The notes below the pieces were generated by a model. That model searched no databases, was not told the DNA's origin, and saw only the letters and a list, made by a program, of their open reading frames with translations. Positions 1 through 12,600 of a stretch of DNA of 64,000 nucleotides are shown in pieces; the first letter of the stretch is position 1; every line of letters begins with the position of its first letter. The stretch lies in NCBI GenBank assembly GCA_002633005.1, contig NMRA01000612.1:62001-126000 (forward strand), in the 5' to 3' direction. The position numbers were made by a program, and so were the translations under genes. Source of the DNA: Phoronis australis. Its lineage: Eukaryota > Animalia > Phoronida.

Positions 1-1882
1 CATTATGTTTTCCGTCCTACAGGCCTGTACAGTAACATGCACTGCGTGTAGTAGTTGTTCTTGTAAGGTCGATTAGGAAGCCAAGATTAGAGGGCCACAC
101 ACTGAAAGCGGATCTCACTGAAATTACGGTTTTGGTACCTTAAAAGCATGGTACCCGCTTTTTTATATCATTTGAAACATAAATTTAGATCTCCGTCATT
201 GCTTCCTCTTCCGGTGCAAGTAATCGGCTGTGCAAAGTGCATAACTATGATAACTGGGCTAGTCTCGTACTAGTCCTTGTTTCAAGACCTCCCAAAGATG
301 GGTCACATTTTTAAAGTAGCCGGGTATAAGACTATTGAATAGTTTACTTTCCTCACATGTCAAGTAGTTGGAGCTTTGGGGCGCAATTTTTATTTTTGAA
401 TGGTCGCATTTTTCGAGGGTTAGCACCCTCACCCATGTATATCAGTGGAACACCCTGGTCACTAGGACATCCGTTTCCAGCTGAACGTTATGTTCAAGCA
501 TAAGCTATTTATGGTTAAAGTATGTATTTGTCGCCTTTAACCAGTCTAAACACTATCAGAAAAAAGTTTTTGTGAACAGCTAAAATTTTCGTTTTTTTAT
601 TCCAGTGGCATTTTTCTTTTCAAGCAAGTCTGGATTTGTAGAAATTGTCTATTCAAATGTGCTTCATGATCCATGCAGCTTATTTTTTTTCTTCGTTTTC
701 CTATTCAAGATTATTTCTCGATATTTCGTGTTAAACATGAAATATTACAATGCCCGATTATTCATTTAGCTGTAGCTTTGGACCTTCGTCGCACTAGGTA
801 GAGGTCCCGCGCCGTAATCACAGTGCCTCCTCAAAAGTTATGTCCAGAGGCAGGGGCAGCTCGAAAACTGTGGTCACTATGGAGTTGAGATTTAGATCGA
901 TAACTGCGGCGAACAAGGGGTAGCCCCTAGGTGTGGAGAAACTCTTACGACCGGGCACAATTCAGGTCATTAGATCTATGTACTTTAACAGCATGGTCTC
1001 GATGCAAGACTTTTAACTCGGCACCTGGCAGAAAAAAATATCACTCATAGGCTTTTTTGGAAGTTTTCGTCCACCAGTTGAAAGTCTTTGAAAATTTCTT
1101 GGCTTCTTTTTTTTCGGTTTTTGCCATTTTAGCGTAGACACCTCGGTCGTAGTCTAATCTCGGTACTCGAATTGAAATCAAAATTATTTATGGTTTTAAG
1201 TTCTACTTTAGTACGAGCTCAAGTTAAGTGTCGAATTTTGTGTGCTCGTTTGTCTTTTCCAAGTTCGCACTTGATGACCCCTAGATTAGAGTAAAAACTA
1301 CAAATTTCGAATAAAAACGCGAGATTTCGAGTTCACGGCTAGAGCAAACTAAGATTAGTAAACCATGATACACTCTGGCAGGACTTATTTTGTGTTTGCA
1401 CGTAGAACGTAAAATGTTAAAAAATAATTTCGAGTACAAAGATTGGACCCCGGATAATGAAGTACATTTCTTGGAAATGTGCAACTTCAACCCCGAAAAC
1501 TCTATTCATGTTCATTGTTAAACATTTTAGTCATTTCCCGTGTTGGCGTTTGGTCAGCAGGATTCTTTCCAATTGACTGTTTTAATAGAAACCTAGTCAA
1601 TTGCAAAGGTAATGAACTTTAACTAATGCCCTTAAATAAAAGCAAGGACCAATTACTTATAAGTTAAAGTACCAGTGAAAAATGAATCGTGAATATGATT
1701 GCTCTCACATGGTGCAGCTACTCTGTATAAAGCAAAAACTGGATTCCACATTTTTGTTCAAAGATCAGTCAGTACAGCAGTATATTATTTGGACTAGTTA
1801 CATCTTTAAGAACCCTGTCTTAGGCGAGCCATTGTTATATGCTATGACACCAAATGACGCCATGTCGTAGTTCCATGGAACA

Positions 1883-1892
1883 CCTATTTTGG
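1883..1892. promoter_or_regulatory. CArG box (candidate SRF site)
   Basis: CCTATTTTGG fits CC(A/T)6GG, about 1 kb upstream of the TATA box. Confidence 0.35.
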
Positions 1893-2465
1893 ATAATTCT
1901 CAAATACAGTTTCAATAAATAAATACAAATGCCGATAAGAATTGAATTCGATCGTCCATTGAGGGATTGCTTTCTTCCTAATATCCATCGTGTGATCATG
2001 GTGCCTAATTTCTTGCTTACGTTTCCATGGTGCTCATAGAGATATGTACACCTGCCAGGGACCTGCAGCGCACATCTCGAAGTGTGCCTACACTTCTGTA
2101 ATGATCATCTTTAAAACGCGAATCGGGTTTCAGTTTTCGTGAAGTAGTGTATAAAATACGACAGGAATAAAATAACTGCGATTGGTTATTTTGAGTTGCC
2201 TGACTTATTTCTTGTTTTACAAACGCTGGTGTCAGGAATGAATTTAGTACGCGGGACTCGATTACCAACAGGAAATGAATTCATATTTTGTTTTCCAAGT
2301 TGCGCATTGGCTACTGAATTAGTGATAAGTTACGTGATCGAATTTGTTTTGTTATTTTATTGATTTGCACCGATTATTTTTTGCCTAGGAGTTTACCCCC
2401 ACACAACCCATTTATCTTACATGTTTCTAATTTAGAAGTCACTTGAGACTGAGGGGCAAGCTGTT

Positions 2466-2475
2466 CCTTATATGG
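2466..2475. promoter_or_regulatory. CArG box (candidate SRF site)
   Basis: CCTTATATGG, a canonical muscle CArG about 460 bp upstream of the TATA box. Confidence 0.55.
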
Positions 2476-2868
2476 TATCAGGTAACCCTAAAGCGCACTC
2501 TTGTTTATTAGTATTGTGGTCACAAGAGGCTATTTTAGCGGTTTTGGGAAGCTAAATGTGAAGCATTGCTTGAATAACAACACTGCTATATTTGTTGTTT
2601 GTTCACTTGCCTGTTTTCACAAATTAATCTACTGGCTTTTGATGAATCTACTCTTTTAATTTGTCAGCCTTTTGCTACAGCTTTGACCCTGTGTTAACCT
2701 TTGAACCTAGGCAATAAATAAACGTGTTCCTCCCACAATCAATACGGTGATCCTCTGTAACCTATTTGGCATCACCTCGCCTTCGCCATAAACGAGGGAG
2801 GGATTCCGTGCATTTTTGTCAACCCCATTTTCAGTGATCAGTCAATGAAATATATAAAAACTTTTCTG

Positions 2869-2940
2869 ATTGGTCTAGACAAAAGTGCTCAACCAATCAC
2901 AAATTTGCATGGTACATGTGACGTCATTTGTAGTATAAAA
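2869..2940 (+). promoter_or_regulatory. Mhc proximal/core promoter
   Basis: ATTGG 2869, CCAAT 2893, octamer ATTTGCAT 2903, CRE TGACGTCA 2919 and TATAAAA 2934 within 72 bp, followed by a GTAAGT donor at 2978. Confidence 0.75.
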
Positions 2941-2963
2941 GAGACAGTTCCATGATTCCCAAG

Positions 2964-2977
2964 AACAGCTTCTGACT
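2964..2977 (+). other. Mhc: Predicted very short non-coding first exon (start approximate)
   Basis: TSS expected about 30 nt after TATA; donor GTAAGT at 2978; acceptor ttttcattttacAG ends at 3324, so the next exon starts 3325 with ATG at 3438. Confidence 0.5.
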
Positions 2978-3437
2978 GTAAGTTTGCTAACCGTATGGTG
3001 ATTGTTGGTGACTTGGCAAGTTGAATAACGTCGATAGTTGGTATTTTGCGAAACAATTCAGAGCTGCCCTAGTAGCTACTGTGCAGATTTAAAAAACCTT
3101 ATGTGCACAATTTTTTGCATTTCGATCTGGCGAGGTACTCGCAGACAAGCAGATTTTGAGCGCAGCCGGAACAGTTAGAAAGTGATTTGGCACCGGGTTA
3201 TTTCATAAAAAGTGGCAACCTTGGATGGTGTAGAGTATCTATTGTTGCATTAACCATGTCCGAACATGTCGTTTGCTTGCATTATACAGCGTTCTGTAAT
3301 CCTGTGTATATTTTCATTTTACAGGCTGTGACTCAGAGCTGTTCTTTTGGAGCTGACTTGAGTTAGTTCGCAGAGTCCAGAGTCTGTACTGAGGAAGCGT
3401 TATTTCGTGTTTCGTCTGCTGACTAAAAACAGTCAAG

Positions 3438-3629
3438 ATGTCGTACGATTGCCAGGACGAGGATATGAAATACCTGGCGGTGGACAGGAAAAAGTTGATG
3501 AAGGAACAGACGCAGCCATTTGATGGCAAGAAAATGTGTTTTGTTCCCGACGATAAGGATGGCTATATCAGCGGTGAAATTCAGAGCACAAAGGGAGACG
3601 ATGTCACCGTCAAAACAACCCGCGGAACG
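3438..3629 (+). CDS. Mhc: Mhc exon c1
   Basis: [19 protein letters not shown]...VTVKTTRGT; donor GTGAGT; phase 0. Confidence 0.95.
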
Positions 3630-6600
3630 GTGAGTTAATTTTTTTTTCCATCCGATTAAGTGTTTTTATTTTGTTAAGGGCCACTCCCACCGCGACCTTC
3701 CCGTTCTTGTGATGAAGGAATATCGTATCTCCGCTGAGCGCACTTAAATAGTCTAACACAGTTGAAGTATCCCATGATACTGATACATGGGATAATTTCG
3801 TTGTTTTTTGTATTTAATAACGTTCATTTATCTTTTACATGTATTGCAACGCCATACAAAAGATAGTGAAGTGCAACGAAATATGTTTTGCCCGAAAAAC
3901 TATAAGAAATATACTTCTGCTAAATTGCAGCATACAATGACTTAAACGGAACATTGGATTAGCCGCTGCTCGTAAGTCGTTGCATTTTCTTTTTGTAGAA
4001 TGTAACAGTGAAGAAGGACGATGTCCACCAGATGAACCCTCCCAAGTTTGAGATGTGTGAAGACATGGCCAACTTGACCTATTTGAACGAAGCTGCTGTC
4101 TTGCATAACCTTAGGACACGATACTACAATCAACTCATCTACGTAAGTAAAGCCGCATCACAATACCAAGACCTTTTTTAGAGAGATACTGCCTGCAATA
4201 TTTTTGCTTATTTTTTGAGGTGTTAAATTTGCAATTCAACGCAGCTGCTTCCAGTGTGTAATGGACATTGATAATTAGAATATGTGTCATGCAGATATGA
4301 TTAAGTATAGTTGACTTTCTTTTATCATTTCTGTTGTTTTGTGTCAAGCTATGGTAGGATTTTTTCTTTAAGCAAATTACTTAAATCACAATTAACTAAA
4401 TGACCAGTGTTAGCCAGTGACTTGTTGAATTTCCTGAGACGCTGATTGGTGAATGGATTAAGTGAAATTCCCATACCCTATGACAGTTGTATGATCATTG
4501 TACTAGATGTGTACTCTAATGAATAGGTCAATAGAAAGTCAACATTAGCAATGGAAACCTTAGACATCTTTCAACCATGTCTTGGATTAAATTGTTATTG
4601 AACAAACACAAAATGGGTCAAATGGGTGTTTAACCAGGCTTTGATTGTGTTTGGGATTATTAAACATTAACTCAATTTGAATGGCACTCAGAATTTATAT
4701 TTAATGGAAATTTAGCAGAAAAGGGCGGCAGACTGAAGGACTCTCTTGATTAGAAGGATGTTTCCCTAATGATCATTTTCCAACCTTACAATTAAGAACA
4801 GCTTTTGTCTTAGCAGCATGTTAGGACAACAAGTGCCCTCTTTCGTCCCTTATCTGGATGTGAGTTTAATGTCAGTATAAACATTTCTCCAATATTCCCT
4901 GCTTTAGCATTCTCAAGTGGTCTTGCTTCTCATATTAACTGATTTATAAGATGGCATGTCATAAATGACCAACCAGATTTGAAAAGGATTACCTAATCAG
5001 TGGAATTCTTTGGTTATCAATAATTTGGGATCTTTTGTGTCCACAGCAGGTTTACAACCCAATTACACTAAATTGGTCTACAAATACTCTGCTGTTCCCA
5101 TCACCTCTACATATACAGATCTGTTAATTCTAGTTGTAGTGCATAAACAGGGCATCTTCTAGTATATGCTATTCAGGTATTTTTTCGAAAATTGGTGGGT
5201 ATAACCTGACAATTAGATTTATGTAAATAATTGCCATCCTGGATTCCCTGCCACCCGATTTTCAATGAAGGGTTTGATGTCGTGACTTGGCTTTGTGTGT
5301 CTTAATTCACGTTTTTGTAAACTGAATTCTTCAGGCGCATCCCATCCAAATTGTATCCTTTCATTTTTAGAGCATTTTAAGTTAAGTTTTATGCAGGGCT
5401 AATTAGGTCAGTCCAGAATCAGAATCTTCAAAGTGAAATAATTCAATTTAGTAGTGGCTAACCTTTCTGTTGAATCAGTCAGTGAACCACATTAGGCCCA
5501 TCTACAATTTTACCATGTGCAATTAGAAACAGTTATTTGCCATATTAAAAAACAAAATAAAATTTCCACTTCCACCTTGAAACACAAACCAAAACATTGT
5601 TTTTCAAGGATGGCACAGCATGTGGATTTAATATTTTTGTAAGAAGGATGTAGAGTTGTATATTTGTTTGGTAGGTCTACTGAAACTATGTAAGAGAAGT
5701 ATTACATGATCAAATAGAAAATATGTAACAAGTATTATTTGATCAAACCCTATTTACTAAAGGGGCAGTAAACTACATTGATGGTCTTGATGCCAAACTC
5801 CTATACTAGGACACCTTCAGAATGTTACCTGTCTCCATTATAATTCACTACCTTCCCTGTATTGGATGGCATATTTATTGCCCTAAATGGGTCTAATTTG
5901 TCCATTGTGTTCACTGTATTGCATGTGAACATTGAATGGATTAGAATGTGTATTGTAGTGCAAATGGGTGTAATGGGGTATTAGTAATCTGGTTAGCTGA
6001 TACATTCAGACTCTGCCCTGGATGTCAATACACATCACAAGCTGTGGTGTGTGGCAAGTCCTCACAAGCTGTCCTCAGAAATAGAAACAACAATAAGTCG
6101 TCTGAAAAGAAATTATTTGCATATTTTGCTTCTTTTCATGGCAATAATCTATAACATTTTGGCTCAAAATTTACCGTTTGGTTTTAAAATTACAGATTGT
6201 AGGTCTATTTCAATTCTTTGCTACTCTGCATTTAAAAAAGACTTTGGAAGTATTAGCATTAGACATTCTGACTTCAAAACAAATATGTGCATAATGGCTT
6301 TGGAATACTGGGTGATGTTTGACATCTTGCAGTTTATGTAATTATGTAATGTCTGTCTTATAAATGTTCTTGCCTGACTTTAAGCTCTGCTATGGCTTTG
6401 GTATAAAGTAGTAAACTAGTGGTTGAATGCACATCTTGTTATTTTAACTTATTTTGCTATTGCAAGTATCCTATATGTTTCGAAGTTCTAAATTTCCACA
6501 CTGGTGAGAAGATTTTAGTTCAATTTTAAAGTGAATCCTTGCTGCAAACACTCATGTATATAGGACAAGCAGTACTCATTGCTTGCTGTTTAAACTCATG

Positions 6601-9600
6601 GCCCATTGAAAGGTGTGGCAAATATTAGTTTAGGTGTCCAACCTGTTTAGAGCTACCAGTTTAACGCACAGCTTGAAAACCCAGTGGTCTGAAGTTGAAC
6701 ATATAGTCTTGACAGTGACTGCTAGTATTTTATAAAAATATACTACTGCTTATCATGAAAACATAGAATGTAGACCTCTTTCTTTATATACCCTTTCTAT
6801 TGTAAAGGTGTGAAATCCAGTATTGTTAACTAGCATCCTATGTTGGACTGTTATTGTAGGAGACATTTAGAGAAGAAATGTTTAGATTCTAAATAGCATT
6901 TGGTCCATGTAACTTAATACCACTTGATTTAATAGAAAGTGCAATGCCACTTTGACAGTGCTATCTGACATTCAGTCCAAAAAGTCATTACCTTGGTATT
7001 GGTACATTTTAATTCGATTGGTCTGTTTATTATGTGCACACCAACGCAAAAACTAACAATCATAATTTTCAAATAAAAGTAAATGTAAATAAAAGTAAAT
7101 ATGCTCAACATTTGACTGGAGATATTTCAGATCATAAAAATTCCTGCTGATCAGTAGAGGGTTATGATACAAAATTGAAATGTGTTATTATTAAACACAG
7201 CTTCACCTTAGCTGGTTTTGTATTGTGCGATTGTTAACCAGCATAATTTGAACTGTCATTAGTGTGCCGCATTTGCTCTCTATTCTCTGTTCTATTGATG
7301 TGACCTTGCATTGTTTTCCTTTTCTCCTAAATGACTCCAATGGCACAGTGCTTTTCTATGTAAAGTTGCCTGTACAGTTCAAGTACACTTTAGCATTCTT
7401 AGGGTCAAGAAGTGAAAGCACTGTTCCAAGCAGCTTCACTGGTAAGGTCTCCACAACCACTCATAGCTAAGCTTAATCCTGTAAAGTGAAATAAACCTGC
7501 TTAACCATAATCAGGCCCAGGTCCTTACTTTTGTATCCACGTTTGCATTATTACTTGCAGTCTTACTGAGATTCATGTGTGTTTCCACTCTATACCATAG
7601 TTTGCCACATGCCAATAACCAACAGATTGTCAGCCCAGGGCAGTAATATACTGCGTGTCCACCTCACTGAAAATACTCCAAGGTGGCTTGTTCTTATGTT
7701 TTTATGCTTAGTACTAGCATAGTATATATTGTTAATATGTTCATGGTGATCATTTTCTTGTTTGCAAAATGGTAATAAGTAATAACAACGCACTGTTGCA
7801 AATATAAGACTTATAAACTTATTTTAAGCCCTTTACAGTTGTCTAAATAACAATACTACACCCAGTGCCTTTAATCAATGTTCATGAACTAAGTTTGCTG
7901 GCATCAATAATACATGCTAATTATTGATACGCAACTGACTGGACATTTTATGCATGTTCAATTGGCAACTGTCGATTAAATATGAAATGAACTTGTTTAT
8001 GTTTTACCCGTGTCTCTGTTAACTTGGCCTGCAGCCATCAATTTTTGTACACCATTACCACTGGATTCAGTGTAAAAGGTTCATCTGTATCGTTTTCCTT
8101 GCAGACGTACTCAGGTCTTTTCTGTGTGGCCATCAATCCGTACAAGAGGCTTCCAATTTACACACAGGGTGTTGTGGACAAATACAGGGGAAAGAGGAGG
8201 AATGAAATGCCTCCTCACGTCTTCTCAGTGTCAGACAATGCTTATCACGACATGTTGCAAGGTGAGTAAATTTTATGGAATCTCTGAATTTGTATACATC
8301 ACAATTGCCATCCTCCTAAATTCCCTTTAGTCGTTTACTGTAAAAGGAAATTCAAAGTGATATATCATCGTTTTGATGAAGTTATGTGGAAGTACAGCCT
8401 ACTCAAATACTCTAATACATATTCCAACTACATGCACGTGAGTGCTGTTTGAACAAGATTTTCTTTGAAAATGGTTTTCTTTTGAAAACTGTTGGACTCC
8501 CCATTATTCATAATTTCTCTGCATTCAAATCTCTGCATAGTCAGCAATGGCAGCTTTAGTCTGTTGTCACTATTTTGCACCTCCGACAGAGGAGACCCAT
8601 GCTGAAATTGCCTTAGTCATCTATAGACTCTTCAGCAGAGAGCCAAGAAGCATGTACTCCGGTTTGTCTGGAATCATGATAGGTTGGGCCAAGTTACTAA
8701 ACTTAAGGTGTGCCACTAATCAGAGGGTTTTTATTTGTTTTAATTGTGTTGTGTCAAACTCATTTCACCCTTTTGCTAGAAGGCAGTTTAATAGGTTTAT
8801 TTAATGTAAATAAATAAATTGAATTCCCTATTCCAAGACAATGACCTTTAAAACCTGAATCAATTTCCGAAGTATAATGAGATGAGTAATGCAAGCGAAA
8901 TAGCAGAAACATTGTTGGTGTGCTGTGTGTGTAGAAGTTTCCAAGGTAGATCTTGCTGGACATTTTGGTGACGGTCACATGCCTGAAGAATCCATTACTA
9001 TCTACCAAGGCTAGTGATACCAAAAAATATTCTGTACTTTCCCTACCCCAAGAAAACACTACAACAAGAAATATGCTTGGGTCTAATCATTTATGGCCTT
9101 GGACTATTCTGACCACATCACGACACTGCAATAACAACACTGGAAATTCCCTTTCGCTTATATAAACATGGCATCACACAGAGTGGATGTTTTCCATGAT
9201 GAACTGGCTGGCTGGATGGGCCAAGCACAACTCTTAACTGTTTGGGGTGGTGTAGGGTGCAATAGTCACATGTGGCCACTTAACTCTGAATAATTGATAG
9301 TCTTAATTGAAATTCCTAATGTTGAATGGCTTTCAGTGTTATCATCCAATTGAGCAAAGACCACTTGACTAATGAGGAATTTCCTGTTTAGGGGGTTTTC
9401 TGTCTGATCAACTTTTGAAGTTGAACTACTCAATTCTTCACGTTTTTGCATTGACAATCACCTGTCCTCCTTTCTTGCCTTTTTGTGTAAAACAATCCAC
9501 ATTCCTATTCTTGGAGGAACTGACCAAACATGTTTTTTTGAAGTATTAATGAACTTATTAAGTTTAATACATCACTTAAACATCATTTAATCTGTTCATG

Positions 9601-12600
9601 GAAGATCTCATTAACACACTTACACCTTATCATAACAATATCTTCATTATTATTTGTATTAACTATATTTATGCACTGACAGCCCCTGACTTACTGCTGT
9701 AATACAACTTACAGACGGGTACTGAGCAGGCATGCCAGATATGTTCTTCATCAGATGGTGGGATGGCATGCCATATAAGGCATGGCCTGTTGGCACTGAC
9801 TTGGATATGGACTTGGCAGCCGGCCTAGGAAATAAATACTGCAGTTTGTCTCTTGCTGGGCTATCCTATGGTGTAACCAACAGATGTTTGTACTCAGCTG
9901 TCATGTTTGCCCTATGCATCCTCAAACCATTATGCTCAGTGAAAATACTGCCCGTACTCCATCTTTAAATCCCAGGAATAGGTTATTATTTATTTCGTAT
10001 ATTTTCTCATGCAATTTAATGATAAAAACAGCAGAAGTCTCATACGTAAAATTGTCTTTCAGATCGTGAGAACCAGTCTATGCTTATCACGTAAGTGTCT
10101 TTTAGGTTTTGATGATGTTATGGTGCATAAGTTTTGCCTTTACTCCCTGGTGTGCAAGTTCGTTAATGGAATAGTTTCCCAATTCTCATAGTCATCATTT
10201 TATAGTTGTAGAACTTTGTAATGCATTATACAAAATGTTATAGAGTACAGAGATGATTCTAAATAATTATTAATTGAGTACTGTAATTTTTAGAATAAAC
10301 TGTAATTTTAGAAAACTTGTCACTCTATTAACTACCAAGGTCTGGCTATTTGATAACTTTTATATCACTGATCTGTAATATATTACAATTTATTGGATGG
10401 AACGACATGGTTCTATGTTGCGTCTTATTCTTCTGCTTGAACACGATACTCTTGACAAAGTCAGAAAAATCACACCTTCAAAACAGTTGTGTAGCCAGGT
10501 CTTGTTATCACCCTTTGTTACAATAGTATCACCCACTAGTACCACTTAATTTCTGTTCTTAAGGGCATTAGGATGGAACTAATTTGAAAAATGCAATTGG
10601 AATTGTTTCTTTTCTACCTGTTACATGATCAAGTAAGGATATATACAAAAGGTATTATATTCTTCTGGCCAATCTGAACTCAGTATAGGAAAGTGTTTGA
10701 TCAGTCATGTTTTTTGCATTTTCATTAATGGAACTAATTATTAAATAAACTCATGCCAGCTTGGTGGCGAATACTGTAAAATTTTAATTGTTTCCTAATG
10801 CTCTTAAAATTGCCCTGAGTCCTTGTGTGTCCCCTGCCCCTGTGTGAGCGTGATCCTGTTCACTGTTTTCTCGTGTTTTTGTGCACACTTAGTGGTGAGT
10901 CTGGAGCTGGTAAAACGGAAAACACCAAGAAGGTCATTCAGTATTTTGCCTATGTAGCTGGTTCGGCTCAATCTAAACAGAAAACCCTGAAAGCTGTAAG
11001 TCTTTCTGCACTTTTTTATTCCTCTACTCATCTTGCCTGAGCTGCACATTGCTGATGATGAAGGGAACAATACTGAATTCTCTTTAGTCAGATGCAAGAA
11101 GTGGGTGGAGTGACGTCATTTGTTTTAACAAGTCCTGTTGCCTTAACTTTGTTAATAAGGTCCTCATTAAGCAAAAAACCTGAAATATGATGTGCAGCTA
11201 AGGCAAGTGCTGGTGGTGATCAGTACTTTAATGTTGAGTGTGGTTGACTGTGCATATTTCAACAATAGAGTAGTGTAGCCCCATCTGTTGTGCATGGTTG
11301 TGGCATGGAGTCACTTGGTTAACTTGTCATAACCAAGTGGTTCCAGTCCTGTGTTGTTGTGTTTTGCATGCATGCAAATTGAACTGATGGTACTTGATTC
11401 TTATACAAACTGGATTGGCCTCTGAGTATGATTACTGGCCTTGCCTCTTTGCTTGGTCTGGGTGCTGAGATATAGTCCAGCGCCAACAAATAAGGTTACA
11501 TGTGGCTATCAGCTGGGGTGTGAATGAAACTTGTATTGTAAACACTGTTGAAACAAATAACCACTTTCATGTCCTGCTCCTAAGACTTTGGAACTTGTGC
11601 TGCAAACGCTATTGAAGCACAATATACATTTCATACCCTACTGCAAGCAACATGTAGGTTAGCACTTCAATACTTATTTTCTCTCCTGTGAAGGCAATAT
11701 GTTGCATTGGTGGAGCTGAACTTTAAGTTGAATAATCTTTTGGTCCTTTTCAACTTACTTTCTTATGAATGACAAACATGTCAAATGATGCTGTGATGGC
11801 AGTTTTCTTTATCTCAGCACCAATGGCTTGACCAGATGTGTTGACTTGCGTTGTATTCATCACACTCATGTATCATTTGCCCTGTTCTGCTAGTGGTGAA
11901 TCTGGAGCTGGTAAAACAGAAAATACCAAGAAAGTAATCTCTTACTTTGCCATGGTGGCCGCAGCTACTGCTAAGAAGAGCGGTGAAGAAGTGGTAGATG
12001 ATTCGAGCAAGAAGGTAGACCCTTCACTGTGTGGACCCCTGCATGTCACTGTCATAACCCTGTTTGTTTATACCATCACTGTCTCATGGGCGGATCTAGG
12101 ATGTTGTCAGGGCATACGATCACTGAAGGCATAAAGTAGCCGTTCTTAGATCCGCCCAACTATAGTTACTCTTTAGTAATGTTGAATATTCTTCACAGTT
12201 AGCCTGACCTCCTTTAGACGTTTTGATTGAGGTTTATGTAGTGAATGATATAGAGGAGGCAACAGTCTCTCTTATGTCCATTACTTGTGACTTGTCCCCC
12301 CTGAAGCACTGGCCTAGAACTGCAATTATTTTTGTGCACTGTAAATGTTAAGGCGGTTATCTTTTCAAAACTAAAGGAAGTGCGATACTTTTCGCATACT
12401 TCATGAAATATTTTATGAAACGCGTGTCCTGTCAAATAAACACAAGGCAAAAATAAACTCAACCCTGTGTGATCCTATCTCTGTGTGGAATTCAAATGAA
12501 ATAAAAAACGCACATTCGCATGATTTCTTAAAACTGCATCAATGTAATTTATTCATTTTTACAACAAATATTTTCTGATTGTAAAAATCAAAATCAGCTT

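Noticed and set aside
1-1500. CpG-rich upstream block with short inverted motifs
   Set aside because: Probably repeat-derived, but no termini, target-site duplication or coding motif could be defined
2529-2770. MEF2-like CTATTTTAG (2530) and CArG-like CCTATTTGG (2761)
   Set aside because: Each is one base short of consensus
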